From Octopus vulgaris (lineage: Eukaryota), in NCBI GenBank assembly GCA_951406725.2, contig OX597823.1:103230001-103294000 (forward strand): a DNA stretch of 64,000 nucleotides. The letters are read 5' to 3'. How positions within the stretch are numbered: position 1 is the first letter of the stretch; every line of letters begins with the position of its first letter. Shown piece by piece: positions 40,159-52,780 of the stretch. The notes beneath the pieces are model-generated. The model worked only from the letters and a program-made list of their open reading frames with translations, made no database searches and was not told the origin of the DNA. The position numbers and the translations under genes were made by a program.

Positions 40159-40856
40159 GTAAGTTATTTCTTTGTTTTCAGATGTCTGATTTTTTTTCTC
40201 TTTAATTAGAAGAGAAGTCGGTACTTATGATTTTACACGGGACCAATTAAACTGTTGGGAGGGAAGGGGAAAGGTATCCTCAAACTGGTGACCTAACCTG
40301 AATGTTTGCCAGAGTTGGCCCCTCTAAAGGCACCCAAAGTTTCAGGTAGTAGTGTTAAACAGAGTAATGGATTAAGTCCATCCAAGTTGGCCATGATGGG
40401 ATTTGAACTCAGAACACAAAGAACCAGAACAAATATTGTAAGGCAGCTGGTCCAATGTTCTTAAAGCTCTACCAATTCATTGTCCTGGATTGATATGTTT
40501 TGTAACAACTCCCAAAAGGATGACAAGGTAAAGGGGACGAATACGATATCATCTCTTTTAATTATCATTTTCACAATCACTTCTCCAGGCTCTCATGGAC
40601 TGGACAGAGTTTATTGAAATAGATTTTCTATGACTGAAACGAGTAAAAGAGTAATTCTTAGTGGCTTCTTAACACAGTGGTTTTTTAAAATTCAATTGTG
40701 GATGTTCATTCATTCTTTTTCATAGGATATAAACTTATGCTGTGAAATGTTTTCAACTATGAATTGAAACCAGGAACTTAGCATTAATATAATAATATAG
40801 GGTACCACTAATAGTTTTTTGGCTACCATAAAAATTTTTGCATCAATATTTTTCAG

Positions 40857-40984
40857 TTCTTTGAGCAGTATGACGATAATGAAATTGGAGCATTAGATAT
40901 GGACGACATTGAAGGCAATATGGACGTGAAAAGTGAAGTGATGTCCAAGATGATTGCGAAATACCAAGAGAGCAAGGTACCACA
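40857..40984 (+). CDS. LTV1: LTV1 exon
   Basis: tttcag|...|gtaagt; FFEQYDDNEIGALDMDDIEGNM. Confidence 0.93.
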
Positions 40985-41097
40985 GTAAGTGGACAATGTT
41001 ATTGATTTACCTTTTGAAAATACTGTCATAATTTTATTTTTGATTTGATCTTGAGAGATACATTATCAAGAATTGGTATAAATTTTGTAAACTCAAA

Positions 41098-41383
41098 TCA
41101 TCATCATCATCATCATCGTTTAACGTCTGCCTTCCATGCTAGCATGGGTTGGACGATTTTGACTGAGGGCTGGCAAACCAGATGGCTGCACCAAGCTCCA
41201 ATCTTGATCTGGCAGAATTTCTACAGCTGGATGCCCTTCCTAATGTCAACCACTCCGAGTATAGTGGGTGCTTTTTATGTTCCACCGGCATGGGGGCCAA
41301 TCAGGCGGTACTGGCAACAACCTCGCTCGAATCTTTTTACACATGCCACTGGCACAGGTGACAGTAAGGCGATGTTGGTAATG
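41098..41383 (-). mobile_element. SINE family A copy (LTV1 intron)
   Basis: Closely similar to 43794-44146. Confidence 0.85.
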
Positions 41384-42971
41384 ATTTGTTTCTAACATAG
41401 GCACAAAGGTGAGGTTTGTGGGAAAGGAATAGTTGATTATATCAGTTCCAGTACTTAACTGGATACTTTGTTTTTATCAAACTTATAGAGATGAAAGGCA
41501 AAAGTTGACCTTGATTGATTGCTTGAACTAAAAACGTAAAGAGCTGAAGCAATTGTTGATAACCTTCAGGTGAATATAGGTGAGGTTAAAGTCTGTCTTG
41601 AGCCTATTGGCTCATTTGTTTGGGTTGGAGTATATCCCAGTTTCCGTGGTATACAAGAGCACAAGATTCTTTTCTGAATGGGTCACCAGTTTATTACAAG
41701 GTTAACCCTAACTACCGCTGCTGCTCAATTCATTTGAGGAGACTGGAGCAGCAGATAAATTTCCTTAATCAAGTCACAACGTACCTCTTGGTCCAGGCAT
41801 TGAACTCACTACCTTTCAATTGTGAGTCCAACATCTTAACCATTAAGCTGCATGTCTTCACACACACTGAAGATGATCATTTTCTAATTTAAGTGCAAGG
41901 CTAGCAATTTTAAGAGGAGTGTTGTGTTAGTCTACAGCGTTAATCCTCGGTACATAATTGGTCCTAGATTTAGCCCTGGAAAGATGAAAAACAGAGTTCA
42001 TCTTGGCAGAATTTGAACTTTAAATGTATTAGAGCTGAAAGAAATATTGTTTCATGACACTTTGAGCAAGTGTTTTCTACTCCAGCTTTGTGCTGACCAA
42101 TGCCTTGTGTGAAATTGGTAGATGGAAACTGTACTGAAGCACTTCGTGCACATATAAGGGCATCCAGCCATAAAAACTCAGGAAAAAATGAAAGGAAAAA
42201 AAATGAAACTTATAAGCAAAATGTGGTCATCTGATCCATCTAGGAGAGCAGAAATGACTCATCTAAACCATGTCAGCATGGAAACATGATATAAAGCAAA
42301 GATGACCGTCCAACCCATGCTAGCATGGAGAACGGACGTTAAACGACGATGATGATGATGATGATGATGTGTGGACATGTGTGTTTGTATTAGCCTGTCT
42401 TTGCTTGACGTCACTTTGGCAGTGGTGGTGTTTATGTCTCAAAATAGTCCAGTAATGGTTCAGTGTGTGAAGACAGAATAAAGCATCTTGGTTGAACACA
42501 AAATAAGGTTTGGTACTGAAAAGGACATCTAGCCATAGAATATTGCCTCTAGCAGATTGGTCCATTCTGAGCCTAGAAAATGCGGACAAAAACAATGATG
42601 TTGATGAGTTTGGCAAGGGAGAACATAGTGCCAAAAACAGAATGGTACTTAGCTCTCAAAATACATACATGACACAGCTTACACTGAGGTGTGTCATCAT
42701 ATCAACTAAGAAAATCGAATATTCAGTATTGCCTTTCATCAACTTATTAATTATTTTATGTCAGGGATGATGATGATGATGTGGGATGTTGAAGAGTCAA
42801 TAACCAATTATTTAAACATACACAAATGATGTGTGATGAAAGCACTTTGGATATTCTTGTGAGCTATCGAATACACACTCAGTTTGTTTTTAACTTTATA
42901 AAATTTTTAGTATTTTTAAGAAAATGTTTTTTTTTCCATTATAAATTGTATTTTTCATTTGCAATTTTCAG

Positions 42972-43096
42972 AAATCTTGATGAAGTTTTAAAAAATACAT
43001 CTCTCGATGTTAACAAGCTGAATTTGTCATCTGAAAGTGAAGGAGAAATTGAGGTTGAAGAGAAAACCGAAAAATGGGATTGTGAATCTATTCTCA
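42972..43096 (+). CDS. LTV1: LTV1 exon
   Basis: tttcag|...|gtaagt; NLDEVLKN...EEKTEKWDCESIL. Confidence 0.93.
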
Positions 43097-43793
43097 GTAA
43101 GTAACTGATACAGGATTCTTCAAAACAATTCGACAATTATCCAGTTTCTGTCTTCTGCTTTTGCCTGACTTCTCCTTTCATCTCTCTCCTTTCATCTTAT
43201 CTTCTGCCTTTGCCTGTCTTCTACTTGTTCTTCCACTATTTCTTTTCTGTTTTTTGTCTTCTGGTTTCTGTCATATTTTACTCCATGATTTTGCAGTCCT
43301 CATTATGATTGAACCAGAAGTGTGATTTCTCTGATATCAACCTCTTCATATGACCGCGAGGAAGGGAATTATGTACTCCTGTTATGCATTTCATACTAAA
43401 CAGCAAGAAATATCAGAGCATTAGTTAAATTAATCTTGTCACTTTTGGCAAAACAAAGACACAGTCACTGCACATATCAAGACAACAATCACTCTTCCCT
43501 CCTAAATATAAACAGCTTGCAACTACAACTCCTTCAACATCAATATTGTAGTTATTCATATTCTCTCTCTCTCTCCCCTATTCTCTTGTTCCTTTCTCAT
43601 CTCTCTTATCCCTTTCCTCTACCATTCTCTCCTATTATGTTATACACTTAACTCTTCTCTCTAACCTATCTAGTGTTTTGTTTTATTCTCTCATCTCATT
43701 TGCCCTGACCCTTTCACCCGTGTCTTTTGCTCATCTCTCTCCTCTGCCTTTCAATAGTTAACTAGCCTTAGCTGTCATAGTGAAATGTCACTA

Positions 43794-44146
43794 TCATCAT
43801 CATCATCGTTTAACGTCCGCTTTCCATGCTAGCATGGGTTGGACGAATGACTGAGGGCTGGCGAACCAGATGGCTGCACCAGTCTTCAATCTTGATCTGG
43901 CAGAGTTTCTACAGCTGGATGCCCTTCCTAACGCCAAAAACTCCGAGAGTGTAGTGGGTGCTTTTTATGTTCCACCGGCATGGGGGCCAATCAGGCGGTA
44001 CTGGCAACGACCTCGCTGGAATCTTTTAAACATACCACCGGCACAGGTGCCAGTAAGGCAATGCTGGTAATGATCACGCTCGAATGGTGTCTTTTACGTG
44101 CCACCGGCACGGAGGCCAAATAGCCGCTCTGGCAACGATCACGCTC
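43794..44146 (-). mobile_element. SINE family A copy (LTV1 intron)
   Basis: Same consensus, with internal repeats of the gccaccggcac unit. Confidence 0.85.
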
Positions 44147-44401
44147 TAAGATATAATAATCTTTCTCTCCATGTTGGTTCTTATATATGCACATTGCATC
44201 AAATTTAGAAGAGGGGGTGTAGTTGATTATATCAAAACCCGTACTTTATTGTTCCTTTATTTTATCACACTTGAAAGATAAAAGGCAAAGTTGACCTCAA
44301 CATGATTTGAACTTGGAATGTAAAAAGCTATAATTAAATGCAGAAAAGTATTTTGCCTAATGCCCTACTAATTCTGCCAGTTTACTGCTCTGTTACATTT
44401 A

Positions 44402-45622
44402 CTGGGTCATCCCATAAATAATGCGTTTTCTTTATACTTATTTTATTTTTCAAAATTAAGATAAATGTTCTTTTTTAATCTAAAATACACTCTCCTTCAT
44501 TTTCTACAATGCTCTTCTATTGATCTGGTAGACTTGCAAGGTCCCTCTTCCAAAATTCACTTGTCTGTGATAAAAAATACTCCAGTACTGTTCTGACCAT
44601 GTCTATAGAATTCATATTTTTTCTGTCCTAATGATTTTAAAGATTACAGAATAAATGATAATTAGATGGGGCAATGTCATCCTTGCTGTATGTGGCCGAG
44701 TATTATTCTGATGGAAGAACACCTTTTGTTTTGAAACCAAACATGATTGTTTTTCTTCTATTGCTGACTTAAGCCACTCAAGTCACTCGCAGTAGATCTC
44801 CTTTGTTATCCTTTGGTTTGGGTTTAAAAGTTCAAAGTGAGCTAAACCTTTCATATCCTACCAAAAAGATAACAACACCTTACATGGGTGAAGACCTTCT
44901 GTAGCCTGGGGTGGTGGTGTTTCTCTTTTCTCTACCCACAGTCTTCAGCACTTGGTATTTTTATAGAGAACCTATTTCTTGTCACCAGTCACTATTCGGT
45001 CCAAAAAAGGTTCATTTCTGAAACGTGACAGCAGAGAAGAGCACACATTCACTCTCTGCATGCGATTAGATTCAGAAAGTTTGTGAAGAACCTATTGACC
45101 AAATTTGCTGACTTTTCCAATGGCACGCAGGTGTCAATGAATGGTTGAATGACTAAATTGAAGCTTCTCTGCTAGTTCTTCAACAGTTATGATGGGATTT
45201 TTTTTAACCAGGGTTTGCAGGATGTCCTCGTTGAGCTCTACACATCTTCCAGGATGAGGCTTGTCTTCTAAGCTGTAGTTTCCAGCTCGGAATTTCTGGA
45301 ACCACCATTGACACTGGCCTACGCTTATTGTCCAATCTCCATATACTGATTTAATATTCCTCACACTTTCTGTTGTGTTGTTGCCTTTATTGAACTCACA
45401 AAGCAAAATATGCTGAATATGCTCTTTTGTCACTTCCATTATAGTTTTGAAAAAATAACTGTTAAAATCAAACTGCACTCTTCAAAACTTCCACTAAAAA
45501 TAAGGACAAGGTAAAATTACTACCTGCTTTTATAGTAAGTCGATGCAGGTTGTTTATCCTGTCCCCATTCAAGTTTTAGTTTATGCAATTGAAAAAACTG
45601 CATTATTAATAGGATGACCCAA
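44402..45622 (-). mobile_element. Full-length defective mariner (Tc1/mariner) in an LTV1 intron
   Basis: TA TSDs; ~28-bp TIRs [c/t]TGGGTCATCC.AT.AATAATGC. Minus-strand transposase relic 45439 to 44475: MEVTKEHIQHILL..WFQKFRAGNYSLED..GR, DRIVTGD, IAPSNYHL, ..ENEGECILD*; stops and a deletion in the catalytic domain. Confidence 0.93.
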
Positions 45623-45770
45623 TATATAACTGATAATATGTTAAACATATTGTAATATATAAGATGTTAACTCTCTCAGTCCCCAGTCTCTCATTGTTGG
45701 TATTACATGTTATATTAGAAGTATTGTATGATATTGTAATAACCGTTCACTTCTTGATTTATCACTGCAG

Positions 45771-45823
45771 GTACATATTCCAACTTGTACAACCATCCAA
45801 AACTGATATTAGAACCAAAGAAG
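45771..45823 (+). CDS. LTV1: LTV1 exon
   Basis: ctgcag|...|gtaaat; STYSNLYNHPKLILEPKK completes the WDCESILSTYSNLYNHP signature. Confidence 0.95.
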
Positions 45824-46777
45824 GTAAATTACCATTTCTATTCTTGTGTGTGTAGGTATATGTGAGTAAGAAACAATTTAAAGCAAAACTGCAGTTTAAC
45901 CCTTACACTTTATAACTTTGGTACATCATCATCATCGTTTAACGCCCACTTTCCATGCTAGCATGGGTTGGACGGTTCGACTGGGGTCTGGGGAAGCCAG
46001 GAGGCTGCACCAGGCCCAGTCTGCTCTGGCAGTGTTTCTACAGCTGGATGCCCTGGCATGCAAATTAGTCATTTGCAGCTAAGCACTGATTTGCATTTGA
46101 TTTAAATAATTATCTTGCAATAAGTTCTCTCTTGGAACAGAAGAATGTGGGGTGGGATACTTGGCCTGTGATGTGTGGCCAATGAAGCGTGAAATAGGTC
46201 ACAACAGTATCCTCTATTTTTCTGTCAAAAGAGATTTACAAGATGTGTCCTTGTCTGTTTAAAGTTCCACAGTGAAAGGCTTAAAAGATTTAAAGCTACT
46301 TAAAAGTAGTTTTCTAATATTAATTATTTAAATGCATGGCTCATAGGCACAAGTATGGCTGTGTGTTTAAAAAGTTCGCTTAGAAATCATATGGTTTTGG
46401 GTTCAGTATTACTGTGCAGCACGTTGGTCAAGTATTTCTAATATAGTTCAAGGCCAATCAAATCCTTGTGAAGGGAATAGTTTTGTGACATAAAGCACTG
46501 GTATAAGAAGCTGCAAAATCACCAGTCTTATCAGATTCAATCTCTAAAGCATCTTCCTGCCACATAAATGTACCCATGCTGGTGTCACATAAAAGTGACC
46601 AGTACATTCTGTAAGGTGGTTGGTATTAGAACCCATGCCAAAAGGACAAATGGAGATGGCCAATTCCTGTCAAACAGTCCAACCCATGCCAGCATAGAGA
46701 ATGGACGTTGATGATGATGATGATTGGATTAATAATGAAGTCTTTTATTTCTTATATATATCTGTATCTCTATTCAG

Positions 46778-46963
46778 GAACGGAAAATCAAATTAAACAA
46801 AATGGGTATTCCTGAAGAAGTTTTCTATACACGTGGAATTAAATTAAAAGACCTTGAAGATGCCACAACTGCCTCTGTAATGTCTGTAAGTACCGTGAGA
46901 GATAAGAATGAGAGTAAAGAAGAAAAAAAGGAACGAAAGACAACCATTAAAGCTCAAAGAAAA
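46778..46963 (+). CDS. LTV1: LTV1 exon
   Basis: attcag|...|gtaagt; ERKIKLNKMGIP...RDKNESKEEKKERKTTIKAQRK. Confidence 0.93.
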
Positions 46964-47314
46964 GTAAGTTTACAATTAAATGTAAAAACCATTTTGTTAT
47001 GTTGTTCTTCTGTCTTGTCATTATAAAGTGTTTCATTCTTGCTAATATATATATAGTAATATGTAAAGGTAAGATCCAAGGATCAAAGTGTAGGAAGTTA
47101 GTAAGCTTCAAGCAGTCCGTAAAAGGTATAAAAAACAACTTCCAGGAACAATAGTTGTTTATTGATGTAGAAGGTTGTAAATTTCCCCCATATCGAAGTT
47201 CGATAAGCTGGAAAAAGTTATTTTATAGTTCACAGTTAGCAACTAGGGTTGCTGTGTATGCAAATAAAAACATGGGATCACTTGATGACAATGTAACCTT
47301 CATTTGATTAAGGT

Positions 47315-47640
47315 ATCTTTGGCCTGACGAGGAGCTAGTGGATTACCCTTGTTTGAATAATTATTACTTCTGAGTTTCTGCTAGCTATAAAACATATTTA
47401 GCCTAGATTCTATCTACTCCATTCCCTAAATTTGGATCTTTGTCCAGCCAGCTGCCATGATTTACTGCTAGCTCCAAAAGTTTTTTCTATTCTCTCTCTC
47501 TTTATTTCCTCGTGTTCTTTTCTGTTGAAGAGCGTAGGCTCGAAACGTAAAAGACTTTCTCACATTCCCGAGCGTTAAACTAATACACCTGTTTGTTGTT
47601 TATTCACCTGTGTTTGTCTTTTGTTTTTCTGTAAATTGCA
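47315..47640 (+). mobile_element. Probable Penelope-like terminal repeat remnant with hammerhead-like motifs
   Basis: CTGACGA-GGAGCTAG...CTAGCTCC and CTGTTGA-A-GAGC-GTAG-GCTC-GAAAC-GTA; a second decayed copy lies at ~25425-25528 (-). Confidence 0.5.
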
Positions 47641-47697
47641 ACTATATATATATATATACACATACATACACATATATATATATATATACATACATAT

Positions 47698-47742
<45 letters not shown>

Positions 47743-48180
47743 ATCAACAGCATCATCATCATTCTTTAACTTCTATTTTCCATGTTGGTATGGGTTGGAC
47801 AGTTTGACCAGGGCTGGCAAGCTGGAAGGCTGCACCAGATACCAGTCTGATTTGGCATGATTTTTACATCTAGATACCCTTCTTAATGCCAATCACTTCA
47901 AGAGTGTAATGGGTGCTTTTATGTGCCACCAGTATGGATGCCTTTTGTGTGGCAGTATCTGCAACAACTGTGATTTTATCTGGCTTGATGGGTCTTCTTC
48001 TCAAGCATGACGTAATGTCAAAGGTCTCGGTCATTGCCTCCGTGAGGCCCAACACTTGAAAAGAGCCCAGCCATTTTGCCTCCGTATGGCCCAATGCTCG
48101 AAAGGTGCTTTTTATGTGCCACCAGCATGAGTGCCAGTTACATGACACCAGCATCATTCACGACTATGATTACACTTGGC

Positions 48181-49204
48181 TTAACCCTTTCGTTACCAAA
48201 CTGCCCAAAGCTGCCCGAAAAAAATTTTGGTTCATGTGACCAAACCGCCCAAAGCCGCCTGTATTTACCTATTCATATTTAAATGAGAATATCAGAGCAA
48301 ATCTCTTTAGTACATTCGTGAAAACACGTGATTATACTTCGTAAACAGTTCATCTACAGTTTTGTACAATGATCGAAGTGTAATTTTAATTCCGTGAATT
48401 TTGGGAGAGAGTGAAAATTTAAAAACTGTTTCTTTCGGTGGTTTTTCTGAAGAAACTGGACCAAGCCACAGACTTTCCCAGAAGAGTAAAGCCTTAGACT
48501 ATTTCTTTTTACTTTTTTGAATGAGCCTATTTGAAATCATTACAGCGGAAACCGTTACGCTAAATGTAAACAAAGCGAAAGAAAGGATAGTTTGTTATTT
48601 CCCACAACCCTAAATGAAATTAAGGCCTATTTTGCCATAAATATTATTATGGGTATCAGAAAGTTACCCATAAATATTATTATGGGTATCAGAAAGTTAC
48701 CCATAAATATTATGGATATCAGAAAATTACGGCGGAAACAAACCGTTATGCTAAATGTAAACAAAGCGAAAGAAAGGATAGTTTGTGGTTTCCCACAACC
48801 TTAAATGAAATTAAGGCTTATTTTGCCATAAATATTATTATGGGTATCAGAAAGTTACCCAGAATAACAAATTCTATAGTAAAATTTTGTTGTATACCCA
48901 ATTGAATATTAGCTAATAACCCATTTTCTATAGCGATGTTTGAACAAAAATTTTAATAATTTTATATTTTGTTGAATTTACCTGTATTTACCTGTATCTA
49001 CCTGCAATTAGAGTCACTTTGTAACAAAAATTATAGTATAGAATTGGTTGAGAACATTTCATTAAATTATCTTCCAAAAATCACATTAAATAAAAAAGTT
49101 ATAGTTGTTTAATGAAACCAGACTAAATTTATGATTATGTTAGAAATTAATTGAAACACATAAGGGGTGTATTTTGGTCAGAAATATAGTAACGAAAGGG
49201 TTAA
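48181..49204 (+). mobile_element. Internally deleted piggyBac element nested in a SINE-A repeat
   Basis: TTAA TSDs; TIR CCCTTTCGTTAC / GTAACGAAAGGG; transposase relic LDYFFLLF...FEIITAET...TTLNEIKAYFAINIIMGIRKLP with internal tandem duplications; host repeat resumes cacttggc|TTAA|tgggtcttc. Confidence 0.88.
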
Positions 49205-49394
49205 TGGGTCTTCCCAAGCACAGCATATCGCCAAAGGCCTCGGTCACCAGTCATTGCAAGGAACTACAGACAACTAATGGAGTCAATCCTTCTTTGTTTT
49301 CAGTATTGGGTTACAAACAAGTAATAGTTGGAGGAGGAGGATATGATTTCTGAACTCGGAATAAAAAAATGCTTAATTCTATTTTGTATTTCAG

Positions 49395-49508
49395 GAGAGA
49401 AGAATAGAGAAGAAACTAAACCAAGAGGCATTTAAAGAGGCTAAACGGAAACGAGAGGCAGAAGTAATAGCCATGCAGAAAAATATGAAATCTGTTAGCA
49501 TAGCTTAA
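49395..49508 (+). CDS. LTV1: LTV1 last coding exon
   Basis: tttcag|ERRIEKKLNQEAFKEAKRK...SIA-TAA; the summed exons give 1320 nt (439 aa + stop). Confidence 0.93.
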   Translation, partial: ERRIEKKLNQEAFKEAKRKREAEVIAMQKNMKSVSIA

Positions 49509-49528
49509 TATTTTTTTGTAAGTTTGTA

Positions 49529-49534
49529 AATAAA
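49529..49534 (+). terminator. Probable LTV1 polyadenylation signal
   Basis: AATAAA 21 nt after the stop, followed by GT/T-rich sequence. Confidence 0.55.
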
Positions 49535-52500
49535 TTGTTGATTAATTTGAATCTAGTTCAGATGTTTTTAATTGTGCCAAATTGTATTACTGTTTGGGTT
49601 GAATTAGAAGATCCAGCTTCTGAAAGGATAAGTCCATCTAGAGTTATACTGTTGTAATTTTGTGATACATGGTACTTTAGTAGTTGTATGTGGAAATAGA
49701 TTTTTTTCTCTTCTTTTTAACCCTTTAGCATTCAGATTATTTATTCACATAGTTTTGAATTGGTCATGCATTGTTTCTTGGCTTAAGTATTTGAGCACTG
49801 TCCTGCCAGCTATACTTGCAGATCCTGAAAAGAACCATGGGCATTGCCCTTCGTTCCTAAGTCATAGACAAAAGAAAGTTTGCATACACACTTAAAGAAA
49901 CAAGCACATATTGTAAAAGACTGCCATTTGATCCTGGCAGGTTTTAAAGGGAATTCCTGGAAATTTGGTATAAACTGTATTAAACTATAGCATCATTTGA
50001 TAATTGGGATTGGATAAAGGAATATAGTGAAGTGGCAAAGGTTCATCAATGCATCTATCCAATTTCTGTCATCATATTAATCATCGCCATTATCATTTAA
50101 TGCCTGTATTCTTACTGCTATTGGTCAAACAGTTGAACAGGAACTCATAAACCAGAAGACTGCATTAAGCTCCATTGTCTGCTTTGGCAAAGTTTCCTAT
50201 GGCTGGATGCCCTTCATAATTTTTTAATTTTTTTTATTGCCCACAAGGGGCTGAACATAGAGAGGACAGACAAAGGGATTAAGTCAATTACATCGACCCC
50301 AGTGCTTAACTGGTGCTTAATTTATCGACCCCGAAAGGATGAAAGGCAAAGTTGACCTCGGTGGAATTTGATCTCAGAACACAGTAGCGGACAAAATACT
50401 GCTAAGCATTTCGCCCATCGTGCTCACTTTACAGAGTCTACTGGATGCTTTTTCCATGGTACTAGTGAGGTCACCGAGTTATTTGACAGAGTTGAGGGAG
50501 GTGGCTTTGTGCCAGGCTTATAGAGGTTAAATTGCTGTAGAGGAGATACATAGTTGCTCCTGTAGGGAAAGGAGAAAGAATGGTGATGATGAGAAAGGAT
50601 GGTCGGGGTGTACCCTCAAGAAATAAGGTAGATAAAAAGAGAATATGAGAAGAGAATCAAGGGTGGCTAGGTGGGTAGGTTTGCAAGAGTATGAAAGAAG
50701 AGTGACAAGACAGTAGAGATGAGGATAGAAGTGAATGCTGTGAATGGTGAAAATGAGTCAGGGTGTAGATTCTGGTGAATCTCAGTTTTTGGGAAGGTAA
50801 AGGAAAATTGGAGGAGGAGGTGATCCACGCCCATCAATATTTGTTTTAATTTCTTCTTGTCATAAAACTTTCTAGTATGAATAACAAGTACCTATCTTGA
50901 TTGAAATCAACCATCATCTTGCCACCAACAGCAGTTTTGACTACTGTCTCTCTGATGCTAACTTGCCTGAGACCACCCCCACTGGTTCCATGATGCAAAC
51001 TTCATATTTAAAGGGATCTGAATTAAAACCTTCCATCAAAATTCCATGTTAAATTGTTTAATAACGACAAAGTCATTTTCCTAAATTCTTCGTTATTTTC
51101 CAAACAAAGTATTTCAATGGAAATGTAATAAAGGGGTTAATATTTCATAATCAAGGTTTTATTAAATCTATCCTGTTACTGCACTAAATTAATCAATTGT
51201 GATAGCTGACATTTGGGAACACACAACATGCACATACACAGAATGTAACAAGCTCAGTTTTGCCAGCTGAGTAGACTGGAGCAGAATGAATGTGTGTTGT
51301 TCAAGGGCACAACATGCGGCCAGGAATCGAACTCACAACTTCATGGCTGTGAGCTGAAGTATCATTAGAATACTGGACAAAAAGTCTTATATTCATGTGT
51401 GTTTCCCTTCTCCTTTAGGTGTGGTTACAAATATGGCTGAATGGTTATTATTTATAGCTTTGTCTACTTCGAGTTCCAGTTTAAAAAACCGAATTATTTT
51501 GCGTCTCTCGACGTAAACTACTCGCATTCAAGACACGATGAATTTGTGAAGTTGAACGTTCTTTTCCCCCAATTTGAAACGGTAATAATTACGGGACGTA
51601 ACTCTTCAATATTAAGGGAAGTAACTCTTACTGAACTTATTTGTGGTTGAAATGCGAACTCAGAATGCAAAAAAAAAAATGGGAAATAAATTTGTGCTAA
51701 AGAGTATTTTGTTCGGAACTCAACCGATTCTGCTATCTATAATTCTGTGTGTGAAATGCAGGAGGAAATAAATTTGAAAAAAACTGAAATACAAGAAGAC
51801 AATTAGTCTTGAGACCTCATCTGCACAAAATAAAACAACTAAGTTCAGTGTAATACATCAAAGTAGAGTTAACTATCATTGTATTTAGATAGTAACTTAT
51901 GCTGGAGGGAATTTAAGAATCCAGTTAATTTGTCTTGTGGAGTAGATAATGTAGCATTTTGGGCCTTGCCCCTTTTCTTCTGAGAACAAGGTACTGAAGA
52001 GAGAGAGAGAGAGAGAAAAGGTAAAGAAAAAAAAAAAACGCGCAGGCGTGACTGTGTGGTACGAAGCTGGCTTGCCAGCCACATGGTTCTAAGTTCAGTC
52101 CTACTGCGTGACACCTTCGGTAAGTATTTACTGGGCCGATCAAAGCCTTGTGTGTGGATTTGGTAGATGGAAACTGAAAGAAGCCTGTCATATATATGTA
52201 TATATATATGCAGTTGATGCAGGTTGTTTATGTCGTACCCCTCTGACTTCTGGTTTATGCAATTAAAAAACCGCTTATTTGACAATTCGTTTTTGAACAG
52301 TGGACCTCGAAGCACACAATAATAACCTGTAAATATTGGGTTGAGATACCTTTAGATGGGAAAGGTGAAGATGAGGGATTGTGTTCCATGGGATACCGGC
52401 CTTAGCCTTCGCTCTATGACACCCTACCATTTGTACTATATTTTTCACGCGGGATATTCCAACAGTCAAGCCATACCAAAACTGAAATCGGAGTTCGATG

Positions 52501-52583
52501 CAGTCATCTGGTTCCGTCTTATCAAACTGTCCAACCCATGTTGGTTCTGAAATAGATGTTAAATGATGATGATGGTTATAGTG

Positions 52584-52584
<1 letters not shown>

Positions 52585-52614
<30 letters not shown>

Positions 52615-52780
52615 GGTCGGTCGGTCGGTCGGTCGGTCGGTCGGTCGGTCGGTCGGTCGGTCGGTCGGTCGGTCGGTCGGTCGGTCGGTCGGTCGGTCGG
52701 TCGGTCGGTCGGTCGGTCGGTCGGTCGGTCGGTCGGTCGGTCGGTCGGTCGGTCGGTCGGTCGGTCGGTCGGTCGGTCGG
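52585..52780. repeat. (TCTG)n-(TCGG)n tetranucleotide microsatellite
   Basis: About 40 perfect GGTC units. Confidence 0.97.
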
